From positions 62,001-126,000 of the forward strand of contig JAPEUD010000053.1 in NCBI GenBank assembly GCA_026026165.1: a DNA stretch of 64,000 nt, given 5' to 3'. This document shows positions 36,917 through 48,860 of this stretch, one piece after another (position 1 is the first letter of the stretch; each line of letters opens with the position of its first letter). The DNA comes from Sarea resinae. Lineage: Eukaryota. Under the pieces are notes generated by a model. The model worked only from the letters and a program-made list of their open reading frames with translations, was not told the DNA's origin and ran no database searches. The translations under genes and the position numbers were made by a program.

Positions 36917-37974
36917 CTATCTCAATCCCGCCAGCCGCCTCTCCTGCACCTCGCTAAGCGCGCGGCTACCGCTGAGGAACGCCACGGACCCCACGACCGC
37001 GGCCGCGGGCAGCGTCTGGAAGAGGTTCCACGTCGTGTAGTAGAGGAAGAAGATGCCCTCGAGCGCGACGACGGAGCCGAAGAAGAGAAGGTGCGGAATC
37101 GGGGCGTTTTGGAGGGCCGTAGGGAGGTGCGAGAGGTTGGCGCCTAGTGTCACCCACTGTTTTCTCCGTGTCAGTGGTGGTTGATGGTGCTCGTTGGACA
37201 TGAAGGGGTAGGCTTTGGTCTGAGGCAATTTTTGGACATGAGGAAAGGGGGAATGGGAACTTACCACGCCCAATAATAACGGCACAGCTGCTATGACGGC
37301 GGCCGTGAAGAGGAGCGTGAGGATCTTGGGAGGGTTGGTCGGGTCCGATTTGAAGATGTGGTGGATCTCCGGTTGCGGACCATAGCGCAGCGCTTTCTCC
37401 GGCTGTGCAATAGGATTCGCCGAGTCGAGGACCGGGGTGATGTCGAAGACGTGCGAGGTGTAGGGCTTGGAGGTGCCGAAGGAGGCAATGGTCAACGTTG
37501 CGCTCAGGGGATGTGCGGTTGTTAGGAATTGGGCGGGAAGGTCTTTTTGGGTGATTTCGACTTTGCCCTTGCCGCTGTCTTTGACGCTCAAAGCATACGA
37601 GGTTTCGAGACCTGTGGAGGGGTCGCGCAGTTGGAGGAAGGCCTGGTGAGGTCGTTTGGGGGCTTTGTCCTCGCGGGCCGTGAGGATGATTTTGAGCGTG
37701 TCGGATGCTCCTAGTGTGATGGGTGATGAGAGGGGAGAGGCGGGTGATAATCTAAACCATCCGTGTTAGCTGCCTTGGTCAATGTAGTAGAGCAATCGAG
37801 AGTCTTGAAAAAAAGCAAAACAATTGAGGCATACTTGTCTTTGAAGCCTCCCCCGATTCCAGCGCCCTTGGGTTGCACAGAGATGGTCGCGTCGTCGAAA
37901 CCCCACGATGCTCCCCAGGCGGTGGACAGGCCCGCAAGGAGCAACGGCAGGTGGGCCAGGCGTAGGAATCGCAT
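36917..37974 (-). CDS. SWP1: Oligosaccharyltransferase subunit delta (ribophorin II); 3 exons
   Basis: Signal peptide MRFLRLAHLPLLLAGLSTAWG; KRPHQAFL; LRYGPQPEIHHIFKSDPTNPPK; three C-terminal TMs ending FLSGSRALSEVQERRLAGLR. Confidence 0.9.
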
Positions 37975-38782
37975 GGCGGGTTGTCTAATGTGTGGATGGT
38001 CGAGGAGATGATTCTTGAGATGCAAGAAGCTCAGCGAGCTCTGAGATAGTCAATACATAGCTCTGCGTACACACCTCCATGGATACGTCCACGATGAGGC
38101 AACGTAAGCAGGTAAGGTGGAAGGTACTAGGACGTAGGTATCTCGTTCCTTGGGCGTGGTTGTCGGCAAGTGCCGTCTGTGTGTGTCGATCAACGTTCGC
38201 TATCATCGATATCGTGCCAGACATACTCATAGGACGTTGAATACCCAGGCATCCCATCCTGACAGACGGAATCTCCACGCCACTCGTGCCTCCCTTCAAA
38301 AGGACGACTCGGCACTCAAGCATAGGCATAGCAATTGATCTGCAGCAGTGAATAAATTGAATAGAAGCAATTCTTGCTGCCTGGCCTTGCGGCGCGTGGG
38401 CGCACCACAGGGCGTAACCGACTAAAAGGCGTTAGTGTGGGCAACTTTCTTCGTCCCTCACCGAGTGAATCGGATTCGACACACATTCACCGAAATTCAG
38501 GCCAAAAGGCCAGTAATTCCCCCGCGATTCCTGCCCTGTCTCCAACATCCTTTCGTCACCGCATGGGAGCAGCAATAGTAAGTATATGCTCCTCAATAGC
38601 AGAATCCAGATTTGCCTTCGCACTGTTGCCCTATCGTGGCTTGCCCGGTTGCTAGTAGAAGAAAATGGGCCCAAAGTGATGGCTTAGGTCTCAGGTCTCA
38701 GGACACTGCAATCATTGCGATACTAATACTGCCTCCTCTTCTAGTGACAGAAGTTGGGAGGCGAGCGTCTGTAGCGTCAGCA

Positions 38783-40985
38783 ATGAACCGATTGCAGACT
38801 CGATCGTCCTCCCTCTCTAACCCGATCGCCGACATGAACACCTCGCATTTTCAAGACGTCGGTCAAGGATTCCCCGCCTCCGAGGTTGTCTTTCCGGCAG
38901 CAGAAGGGCATCGGCCAAAACGGATTAAGATCGAGGAGCCTGCGGGAGAACTGAATTCGTTGGAGAATATTCCGGAACCATCAGTCAGTGAAAATGGGCT
39001 ACCGACCATGACCGGCATCACTACAACATCAGAAGAAGCAGAGTACAATGGAGAGAATCAAGGGTTCGATATTGATGCGCTGGCAGCGTTGGCGGCACAA
39101 TCAGCTATGGCAGACCTGAATGGCAATATGGCAATGGCGGAACCAAGTCAGGCCAGCGATTATACGAGCCAAGATCAAATGAATGGCACGGGAACCAATG
39201 GGGCAAGGAACGTTCAGGGCCAAGCATCAGCTGAAATAGACTTTTCCAGCGCACCATCTGATCCCACCGAGCTCGCTCTATGGGTTGCCAAACAAATCAG
39301 CAATATCCGAAACGAGGACAGGGACAGTTATGATTCGGAAGATCTTGTGGCTCGACGGAGGCTGATGGCGCAAGGGCCTGCTATATACAATCATCGACTG
39401 GATGAGGACGACGATCCCGCTAAGGCTGCCGAGAGAGAGAGAATCCGTGAGGAGAATCGAGAAAGAAAGAAGCGTTGGAGACAAAGCAATGCTGAAAGAA
39501 GTAAGTATCCATTGAGCCTCTTGGCATCGTAAGCAACCTCTTACAATAGCCTCAGACAAGGACAACGACCTCCGCTGTCGCATAAACAAACGCGCCAAGA
39601 AACTCTACGGCATTGGCCAGTCAGCAGAGAAGTCGGCCTGGATGGAGTCAGAATTCAATAAGCGGCGAACGAAGCGGGAGAATAAGGAGCAGGTTCGAAC
39701 ATATGGCGGCGATGTTTTCCCTGGCTTTGCATTTGCTCCAGGATTTGGCAGTACGCTCTTCCCAGCTCCCGGAGTTGGACCCAATGGAGAGACGAATGCG
39801 GCTGGTTTGCTCCTCGCAAATGCGCTGCTTGGTGTTGGAAACAGTGGCGGCGGACCCAATGCCGAAGCAGCAAATGCCCTCAAAGCAGCGCTAGAAAAAG
39901 GAGCTGTTGATCCGAGGCCATTCACTGAGGCGTTGCGAACAATGGCTTCGAATCCGGAAATCATGAGTGGTATAAATGCCGTCCTTGGTGTTGGCTACGA
40001 TGAAGACGGAGACGGTAACAGTGGAGACGAAAACATGGATACCGTCATCCAATCGACCGAGCAGCATAATGGGGAAGGGGAAGTGCAGGTCCCCGAGAAT
40101 ACGAATGATGATTCCAATGAGATCATCAAGGCTCTCAATGCAGCGACGGCTATCTTGAACGAAATGAACGAATCAAATACAGATGGCGGCTTTGCCGAGG
40201 GCCTATCTAACGCTATTAATGGATTTAATGCAGTCACTGAATCGATGGATCTGCGCCAAGATGGCGCCTCGGCCATCAAGGCTAACGACCACGGCCTCGA
40301 TCAGTCCCAGATAGATGCACTCCTGGCGTTGGCCAACGGAGGCTCTTTGAACGGAGATGGAGAAGATAATGTCAAGACGGAGATGCCGCCAACAAGTGAA
40401 CTGCAGCCGGATCGCACCACTCCTCAGCCTGACGACGACATCACAGCAACTCTGCAACGGATTGTACAGCAGCTGATGGCCGAGAGAGAAGGACAAGGTG
40501 GACCAGCAGATCAGAACGAACATGCGGGGCCCGAGGACAGCGACTTCGCGACCAGACACGGAGAGACTAACTTGAGTCCAATGCCCGACCCTACTACTTC
40601 CATCAATACAAAAGATCCCGCCACGACATTATCTTCTCTTCTTCATGGCGCAGGCATGTCGATCAATACAGTGATACCTGCGGCTCAAAGTCATGCCACT
40701 TCTCAGCTTTACAGTCGCCTCTCTACTCGAGCGCGCTCCTCCACACCCTCTGGAGGGATCAATCCTGCCCATGCTAGCGCTTATGGCAGCACGGCGCAGA
40801 TGAATCAGAAGTTGCTCTCTAGACCCAACGGTAATCGTCAGAAGGTTCAGAGCGCAAGTCCGAAGCTCAATGGAAGGGGTGGCTCTCCAGACCCCAGACG
40901 TCTAGAAGAGGAACGTAAGGTCAAAAGCTTTGGGTTTCCACCAATGCCGGGAAAGCGCTTCTTGATGAAGAAGGATAAGAATTGA
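38783..40985 (+). CDS. DUF3020-domain putative nuclear protein; 2 exons (38783-39500, 39556-40985); start may be 38833
   Basis: ERERIREENRERKKRWRQSNAER|NKDNDLRCRINKRAKKLYG..KSAWMESEFNKRRTKR; C-terminal KVKSFGFPPMPG. Confidence 0.82.
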
Positions 40986-43014
40986 TCTTGACCTAGAAGA
41001 TGGGATATACTATGACTCTGGCGTATCGAAGCCGATGGAAGTGGCTCTTTTATGAATGGGACCGGCGTACTTGGCTGAGCTTTCTGGAATCTGCAGCAGG
41101 GCTGGCAATGAACCCGACATGCGAATTGAGATCTATGAGGAACGAGAGACGAAGTTGGCGCCCCTGGGTCTTTTGACTGGTTTGCGTGGTTAGAAAGCAG
41201 CATTTATCGGTGCGATTTGCAGCATTATCCGGCGGGTTTTGGTTTTCAATTCTATTTGATCTTTTCATGCGACAGCCGAGGCGTCCGTGCCAGTGTGACG
41301 TGACCTCTATGAGAAAGCTCAGCTGTGAAAGTGTCTCTGCCCATGATATAGGTCTCCCGAGCTGCTTGCTCGGTCTCCCGTCCTTGACCTGCATCTGTTC
41401 CTGTGATTCCGCCAAATGTAAAGAAATCATTCGTACAGAGTAAGGACAGCCGCAACTACACGCAATTGAAGGCGGTTGGTGTCAGTATATTTTCCCAGCT
41501 CGGAGCTCGAGCTCCCTCCCCGAGGCATCGAGGTCTGGAAGAGGCCTACTAATACGTATGTAAGTGGGTGCTGCTCCATTGGATACCTCGGTCAGGTAGA
41601 CCGGTAGGGGTCCGGCTTGCCCCGTGCGCCCGTAGCTCAAGGGGCTGGTCTACTGAAGTAACTTCCTTTGTCTTGGGGGGAGCCCTCTCGCTGAGCCGCA
41701 ACGCAGATCACTATTTACTTTACTGGAGTCGGTCGCGTTCGTGATCTTGGGGCTCTTGCAATGTCCAGTGGGCTCTGACTTGTAGATACCATCTATAGAA
41801 ACTCGAATTTCGAGGCCAGGAGCAGTACATGATCAAAGGGGACCATTGCAGAGCATTTGCAGCATTGGAGAGCTTGGCCGTCGATACGGAGGAGTAGAGT
41901 ATCTGTGGTTCGGGAAGAATGATGGGTGATGGATGGATGGGTGAAGGGTCTTCTGGCCAATAGTGAGGGTCAAGCGAGACTCGTGGTGGGCATCACTACT
42001 CACGACAGGGGATTTCTGGAGGCTTCATCTGCATCGGCGTCATCCCTGAATCGCCACCATTCAGCTGGAGATGCGGTGCGGTCATGCTTGGTCGCCGTGC
42101 CTCGATTGGCTCCCCCGGCTCTCCAGGCTCTCTGCAGGCTGCGCAGGCTGCGCAGGCTGAGCAGCCCGAGTCCTCTACTGTGAGTAGAGTAGGCTCCAGG
42201 CTGATGTTGCTGCGGTCGTGCCACTTTGCGATGCTGCTGCTGATGATGATGATCTCCTTCATCCAGGCCGGCGGGGTCTGGAGTGGCAGACGGATGAACC
42301 CTGCAGACCCTTGCCCTGGAGAGATTGGACACTATTTACTCTCCTCCTACATGATGACTTGCTGCCTTGCCGGCTTGACGGCCCCATGCATGTTCAAAGC
42401 GCGGCGATTCCTACTCTACCAACTCATGGTATTTTAGTACTCTAGTGCTTGGTGCTTGATGCGATGCTAGTCTGCCTCCTAACATCCTACCGGATCCTCG
42501 GAGGAGACCACGATGTCGCTTCCCCCCGTCAACACCATCTCTCCGGCACCGATCATTGGGCCCTCGGTCGTGCATTGATCAGCCCGTTGCCGGTGGTCAG
42601 ATGGAGAATGCTTCTCTGTGCTCTGTTCTCTGGCGGCGCGCAGATGCCGAACTTTGGTCGGTGGATCAGCGTGCTTGGGGCCCGTCATGGCCTCTCTCGT
42701 GCTAGCATTCGTTGATCCACATGGCTACGACGACCGATCCCACTGGGCATCCTCCTCCACATCCTCTTCTTCTTCTCGAAAGCCAAGAGTAGTGGAGTTG
42801 CACTTCTTCTTTTCTTCTTATCGTGACTTGTCGCGGTGACCATTTTCAGAATCGGGGGGGCAAGCGTCCGAGCTGAGTAGCAAGGTCTTGCTAGCACGCC
42901 TTTCTTTCTTCTCTTTGATCCGTCATGGGATCAGTCGCTCGTTGAAATATTTGAAGCTCCGACGGGGAGCTGTCGTACATTCGTTACCATTTATCGTCGC
43001 TCTTTAAAGTCAAG

Positions 43015-45714
43015 ATGCTGAATCTTTTCATCACTATTATTTGGTTTGCGGTGGTTGTCGTGCAGGCGCAGAGCACGGACTACAGTCAATATGTTACGCC
43101 TTTGTGAGTCTCGCTCTCTCTCTCATTGTTTGCATCTGCTCATGCGCACCTAGTTTCGGGACAGCGAATGGGGGAAACATGTTTCCTGGCGTGATAGCCA
43201 GTCCCTTTGCCATGGTCAAACTTGGGCCGGACGTATACACTGGAACCGATTCCTACTCCGGATACCAACCGACAGGAAACGTGACGGGGTTTTCGATGTT
43301 GCATGAGTCTGGGACTGGTGGAGCTCCAAAATACGGCGTGGTCTCTCAATTCCCGATCCCCGGCTCCGTTCCGAACCCGTTATTGAACGCCTCTTATGCG
43401 AGCCCTCGGGCCACTGGAGATGAAGCTTCAGTCGGATACTACAAGTCGGTGCTCACATCCGGCGTCACGGTCGAGCTAGGTGCTACAGAGCATGCCGGTC
43501 TCTTCCAGTACGCCTTTCCGACAGGCCAGGCGGCAAATATCATTGTGGATGTATCGCAGGTGCTGCAGTCATATCGAGGTTTGGGGTGGAGTCAGGGCTA
43601 CGCTGGTGGGAACATCTCCGCCTATCCCGACGGCCACTATGAGGGTAACGGTACCTATAATAATGGCTGGAACTCTGGTATGTTTGAATGCCATGTTGAT
43701 CGGTAGCTTGTCGCTGATTCGGATAGCCCCGGACTGGACAATCTACTTCTGTGGACGCTTCAGTACTCCACCCCAGTCGCAAGCCTTTTCTGGTTCGAAC
43801 ACGACCATTTATCAGTATGGAGGTAGTTCGGCGTCGAGCTCCAGTAACAGAGTTGGCATGGTTTTTACCTTCAACCAGACTTCCATCACATCGAGAGTGG
43901 GAGTGTCTTTCATCTCTTCGGCCAAAGCGTGTCAGCACATCGACGATGAGATACCAGCCAGCACTTCACTCCAGACCTTGACCTCTGCCGCGGTTGATAA
44001 ATGGAATAGTCAAGTGCTTTCGAAAGTCACGACCACTGAGGTAGGATATATTTGGCTTTTGGCAGAGTAGCACTGACAACATCAGACGAACACTACCACT
44101 CTACAACTACTCTACACGGCCATATACGGCATGTATATCATCCCGTCCAACAAAACGGGAGAGAATCCCTCATGGACTTCTAGTGAGCCTTATGTAGGTA
44201 TTAAAGATGTCGTTGAACATTGATTCCGTCTAATGCACCATCAGTACGATGACATCGTAACCTTCTGGGACACTTCTCGATGCCATACAGCTTTGATGCA
44301 ACTCCTTCAGCCAACCGCCTACGAGGAGTTCATTCGCTCTCTCATCGACATCTGGCGCCACGAAGGCTACCTTCCCGACGCGAGGTCCTCCAACTACAAC
44401 GGCAAAACGCAAGGAGGGTCCAACGCCGACGATGTCCTCGCAGACGCCTATGTCAAGGGCGTCCGTGGCGCCATTAATTGGGCCGACGGCTACTCGGCCA
44501 TGCTCAAAGACGCCACAGTCCAACCGCCCAACAACAACGACCCGCTCGCCCCAGACTCCTCCACAAAGGAAGGTCGTGGCGCTCTTCCCGACTGGTTGAA
44601 ATACGGCTACATCACGCCCACCTATACGCGCGCCGTCTCCCGGGCCGTTGAATATGCCGTCAACGACTTTTCCGTCTCACAAGTCGCTGCGGGACTCGGC
44701 AACGTCGCAGACGCATCCCTGTACCTGAACCGCTCCCGCAACTGGCGCAACCACTGGTCTCCTGGCGCCACCGCGTTCAACGTCTCAGGCTTCGTCGTGC
44801 CGCGCTTCTCGAACGGTTCCTTTGCTGCTCAGGACCCTCTCTCATGCGGCGGCTGTTACTGGCCCGACGCCTACTACCAAGGCACCCCCTGGCTATATTC
44901 CCTGTACGCCCCGCACGACACTGCCACCCTGGTATCCTACTCTGGAGGTGCGGCCGCGTTCCAAGCCCGACTAGACGCGACCTTTAACAACAACCTCTTT
45001 GACGAGAGCAACGAGCCCGGGTTCAACATCCCGTACCTGTACAACTTCATCAACGCCCAAGACAGCACGGTCAACCGCACGCGCTCCATCGGCCTCATGT
45101 CGTACGGGCCGGGCGGCTCCACCGCCGGACTACCAGGCAACTCGGACGCCGGCGCCCTGCAATCGTACCTCGTCTGGAACATGATCGGGCTGTACCCGAT
45201 CACCGGCACGACGACGTTCCTGATCGGCTCGCCGTGGCTCCCATCCCTGAGCATCGACCTCGGTGGCGGCAAGACCTTTACCGTGTCTCAGACGGGCGGC
45301 GATCTCGAGACCAACTTTTACGTCCAGAGTCTCAAGGTCAACGGGAAGAGCTGGAACCAGAACTGGCTTTCGTTCTCGGACGTCTTCGCCGAGGGCGGCA
45401 CCATGGAGTTCGTGCTCGGTGCGCAGCCCGTCGGTTGGGATCGCGCGGGCGCCGTTCCGCCCAGCCCGGCTTCTACCGTCAAGAGCTCCTCTTATGCGGC
45501 GGTCCAGAAGGGCGCGGTGAAGAGGGCCAGGGTAGCCGCGGGCGGACTGCAGGAGAGCGACGAGAGTGCAGCTTCGAGGCTGAGGGAGACATCTTCGAGG
45601 CTGAGGGAGACATCTTCGAGGCTGAGAGCCAGAGGCAGACGACGACGAAGCGCAGGGGCCGGAGCGGAGCCAGTAAGAGGAACGCGATCAAAGGGTATCA
45701 GGTTTCAGGGGTAA
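43015..45714 (+). CDS. Secreted GH92 alpha-1,2-mannosidase; 5 exons
   Basis: Signal peptide; GGNMFPGV..PFAMVKLGPD, FSMLHESGTGGAPKYG, WDTSRC, GKTQGGSNAD, KEGRGALPDW, SRAVEYAVND, NEPGFNIPYLYNF, GLPGNSDAGALQS. Confidence 0.92.
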
Positions 45715-45729
45715 GAAGAACTCAGGGAC

Positions 45730-45904
45730 CAATTCAGATAGTGAGGTACCTAGGTTAGATAGCTACTACATACAGGTAGGCAGGGGGTGTATGTAGCAGG
45801 ATCGTACACGACCCGACAACCTTGACGTCAAATGCTTTGTTTGTTTCATTGTCGTTTTTTCTCTTCTTGTTGATATTACTTTGTTCTCCCTTTCTCTCGG
45901 TTTT

Positions 45905-45969
<65 letters not shown>

Positions 45970-46516
45970 GTCTCTCTTTCTCTCTCTCTCTTTCTCTTTC
46001 TCTCTACAGATCTGCCTCTTGACTCTGGCTCTTGTTGAATAGCGAATAGCCAACAGCCAACAGCGAACAGCCAACAGCGAACAGCGAACAGCGAGTGACT
46101 CTTGAGTATATAGCAGAGACTAGGCATAGCACAGCATAGCACAGTCTAGCACAGCACAGTATAGCATATATCAGTCTAGCATAGCATATAGCATATAGCA
46201 TATTACATACCCTACAGCTCTACTCCGTCGTAAGCTAGGCCCCCTCCAAAAAGAAACAACGAACGAAAGAAACACGACAGGATAAAAATATCCTCCTACC
46301 GTAGTCCAGTCCAATCCAATCCAATCCAATCCAATCTGGTCTGGTCTGGTCTAGTCTAGGCTAGGCTAGGCTACCTAGAAATAGGTAGGTAGTAAGTAGG
46401 TAGGTAGTAAGTAGTGTAGCAGATTATTTAGTTAGGTAAGTAAGTGTCCAAGTAAAAAAATCCTACTGCCTTTTTTTTTTTTCTTTTTTGGAGTCAAGAA
46501 GAGTATGTGGATGTGG

Positions 46517-46560
<44 letters not shown>

Positions 46561-46740
46561 TATATATGTGAGGAAGTGTGTGTATCTGTGTAGATGTGTG
46601 TGTGTGTGTGTATATATGGACATGTATATCCCTCTATCTATCCAAGCCACGCAATAATGTCACTTTTCCGCGAAGATTCGAGGCGTCGCTGCCATTGCTG
46701 CTGTTGCCGTTGCTGCTGTTATTGGTGTTGTTGGGATGGG
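45730..46740. repeat. SSR island: (CT)n 45906-45965, (AACAGCS)n, (AGCAT)n, pentamer series 46305-46372, (TAGG)n, poly-G 46518-46558
   Basis: Read directly; between convergent genes. Confidence 0.88.
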
Positions 46741-46745
46741 GTGGT

Positions 46746-48084
46746 TCATGCTCTCCCTGTCCCTGTCCCTGTCCCTCTCCCTATCCCTGTCTCCGTCCCT
46801 GTCTCAGTCACAGGTTGCGCTAATGGTGGTTGCGGTGATGGTGGTGGTGGTGACGGTGGTGGTCTGATCAGGCTTTTTCGCTCCTGTCCCATCACCACTG
46901 GAGAGACGTTTGTGGTTAGCGATATGTGCGATTAGAGAGACGGGTTTGGGGGCGGGGTCGTGGTCGGGATTAGGGGCGGGGCAGGGGAAGGAGAAGGAGG
47001 AGATGGAGAAGGAGGAGATGGAGAAGGAGGAGATGGAGATGGAGATGGAGATGGATATGAGAGTAGGGGGAAACAAGGCAGGATGATCGAGGAAGACGAG
47101 AAGCCGTGAATATCTAACGACGACGGTGAGAAGACAGGAAAGCAGTATAATCACAGCAGACAAGAGAAGACAAGGAGGCGATGTAAGGAGGAAAAGACAA
47201 GAGACCTAGGCAGGCAAAGAAAGGGGAGGGAATGAGATTTCAGGAGCAGGAGGGAAGTAAATTTTGAAAGAGAAAAGAGACATGCCTCTTTCCCATAGCA
47301 CCCAACTCGTAACGATGGCAATGGGCATCGCGACCATGACGAGAGTGACCCTGTTGTGGATTGGAGTGTTTGATTAGCGCTGTGTCATCTATGTTTCTCT
47401 CTCTATCGTTCTTCTCGATCTTTCTCCTATCCTTCTGCCCTTTGACCTTCCCGCACCACACACACCCTTCCCCAATACCATCCAACCACGCATCTTCCTC
47501 GAACCTCGTATACCTAGGACAGGACGGGGAAGCCAAAAAATGAGTCAAAAATCAACCTACTTTCTCGCCGTAGAAGCATACCCCGTGGGCAACTCGCCCG
47601 GTTTCCTCTCCCTCTTCCTCTTCCTCGTCTCGTCCCCCATAGCTTCTTCCTCGCTGTCTTCCCCACTCCCTCTTCCTCCCCCTTCGCCTTCGCCGTCGCC
47701 TTCGCCGTTCATCCCGGCCCCAACCCTCACCGTGTCCCTCGTCGCCCCGTCCGTCGTCCCTTCTATCACTTTCGGCCCCGCCCCTGGACCCGTCCCAGTG
47801 CCCGTCAACGGAGAGATGTCAGACGGCCCCCTCCTCCGCTCCTTCGCCTTCGCATTCGCCTGCACCTGCGCCTTCGCCCCAGACGCCCGCCTCGAAGCTT
47901 TCGAAGCAAGCCGCACCCCGAGCACCCCAAACGGCCTCGGCCTCAGCCGTAGTGGTGCCGTGGCGCACGAACCCGCGACCGAGATCGAGCCCCCAGACCA
48001 CGCGCGCGCAGGGAGCTTGAAGAAAGACGGCATGGAGGAAGAGGAAGAGAAGGAGGAGGAGGAGGACAAGAGTCGAGCGGCCAT
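46746..48084 (-). CDS. Hypothetical single-TM, probably mitochondrial protein; 3 exons (48084-47561, 47350-47286, 46897-46746); intron 2 is GC-AG
   Basis: Arg/Ser-rich presequence-like N-terminus; spliced core LPTGYASTARK|VTLVMVAMPIAIVTSWVLWER|VVMGQERKSLI; both introns have GCTAA(T/C) branch sites and CAG acceptors. Confidence 0.72.
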
Positions 48085-48860
48085 GGTTCCGCGGGCGCTG
48101 GCTGGCTGGCTGGTGGGTGGGTGGGCTGAAGCCAAGCCAAGCCAAGCCCGAACCCGAACTAGCTTGTGGTCAAGGGTCAAGGGTTCAAGGGTCAATGATC
48201 GAAGAGGAATTCTGTGGTAAGTACGCTCTTTCTCGCGGCGGTGGGAGATGTTCGAGGAACGAAGCCCCCGTAGAGACGGGACGGGGCGGTTGGCTGGCTC
48301 GCTCTATGTAATTATGTGGTTGCGCGATGTGCAGGGACGTTTCGAAATCGTGCGGGTCGGGTTGGGTTGTGTTGGTTTGGGTTGGAGTGCAAATGAAGAG
48401 TATGTCGTTTGACTTGCGATAGGGGGCCGGAAATGGAATCTGGGATATTTTATTTCAGAGATCTCGGACTCGTAGGCGGTGGGCTTGGATTGGTGCTGCG
48501 CGATGCTCGATGCTCGAGGCCGCGAGAACTCGGCTACATCTGGCTAGCTGCGCTTATAGGAACCCCTCGGCGACGGTCTATTCAGCAGGGCAGAGAACTC
48601 TCACTGCAGGATTCACCTCGAAAATAATATCACACCCCTGGCTATGTATTCTAATTTACTTGACTTCTGTAGGAGACCGACTTCTGGAGTGAGTCGAGTG
48701 CATGTTCATGACTGCTGCTGCATACTTTGTACACATCCTCAACGTCTTTAACAAAACACAAAGCTCAAAACGCCCGTCCTCGTCAATATATATAGGATGC
48801 AAATATCCAGAGTAGTGTGATTTCGTAACACATAGCATAGCCAAACCCGCTTGTCCTGAA

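Noticed and set aside
16000..43000. Telomerase RNA, snRNA, tRNA or TPP riboswitch in the long intergenic gaps
   Set aside because: No TAACCCTAA template, snRNA signature, tRNA cloverleaf or TPP core found by eye; an Rfam scan was not possible
47508..47560. Internal CTAG|GTATAC in intron 1 of the TM gene as a recursive splice site or stwintron
   Set aside because: The donor is a poor match to GTRWGY, and simple one-step splicing explains the gene
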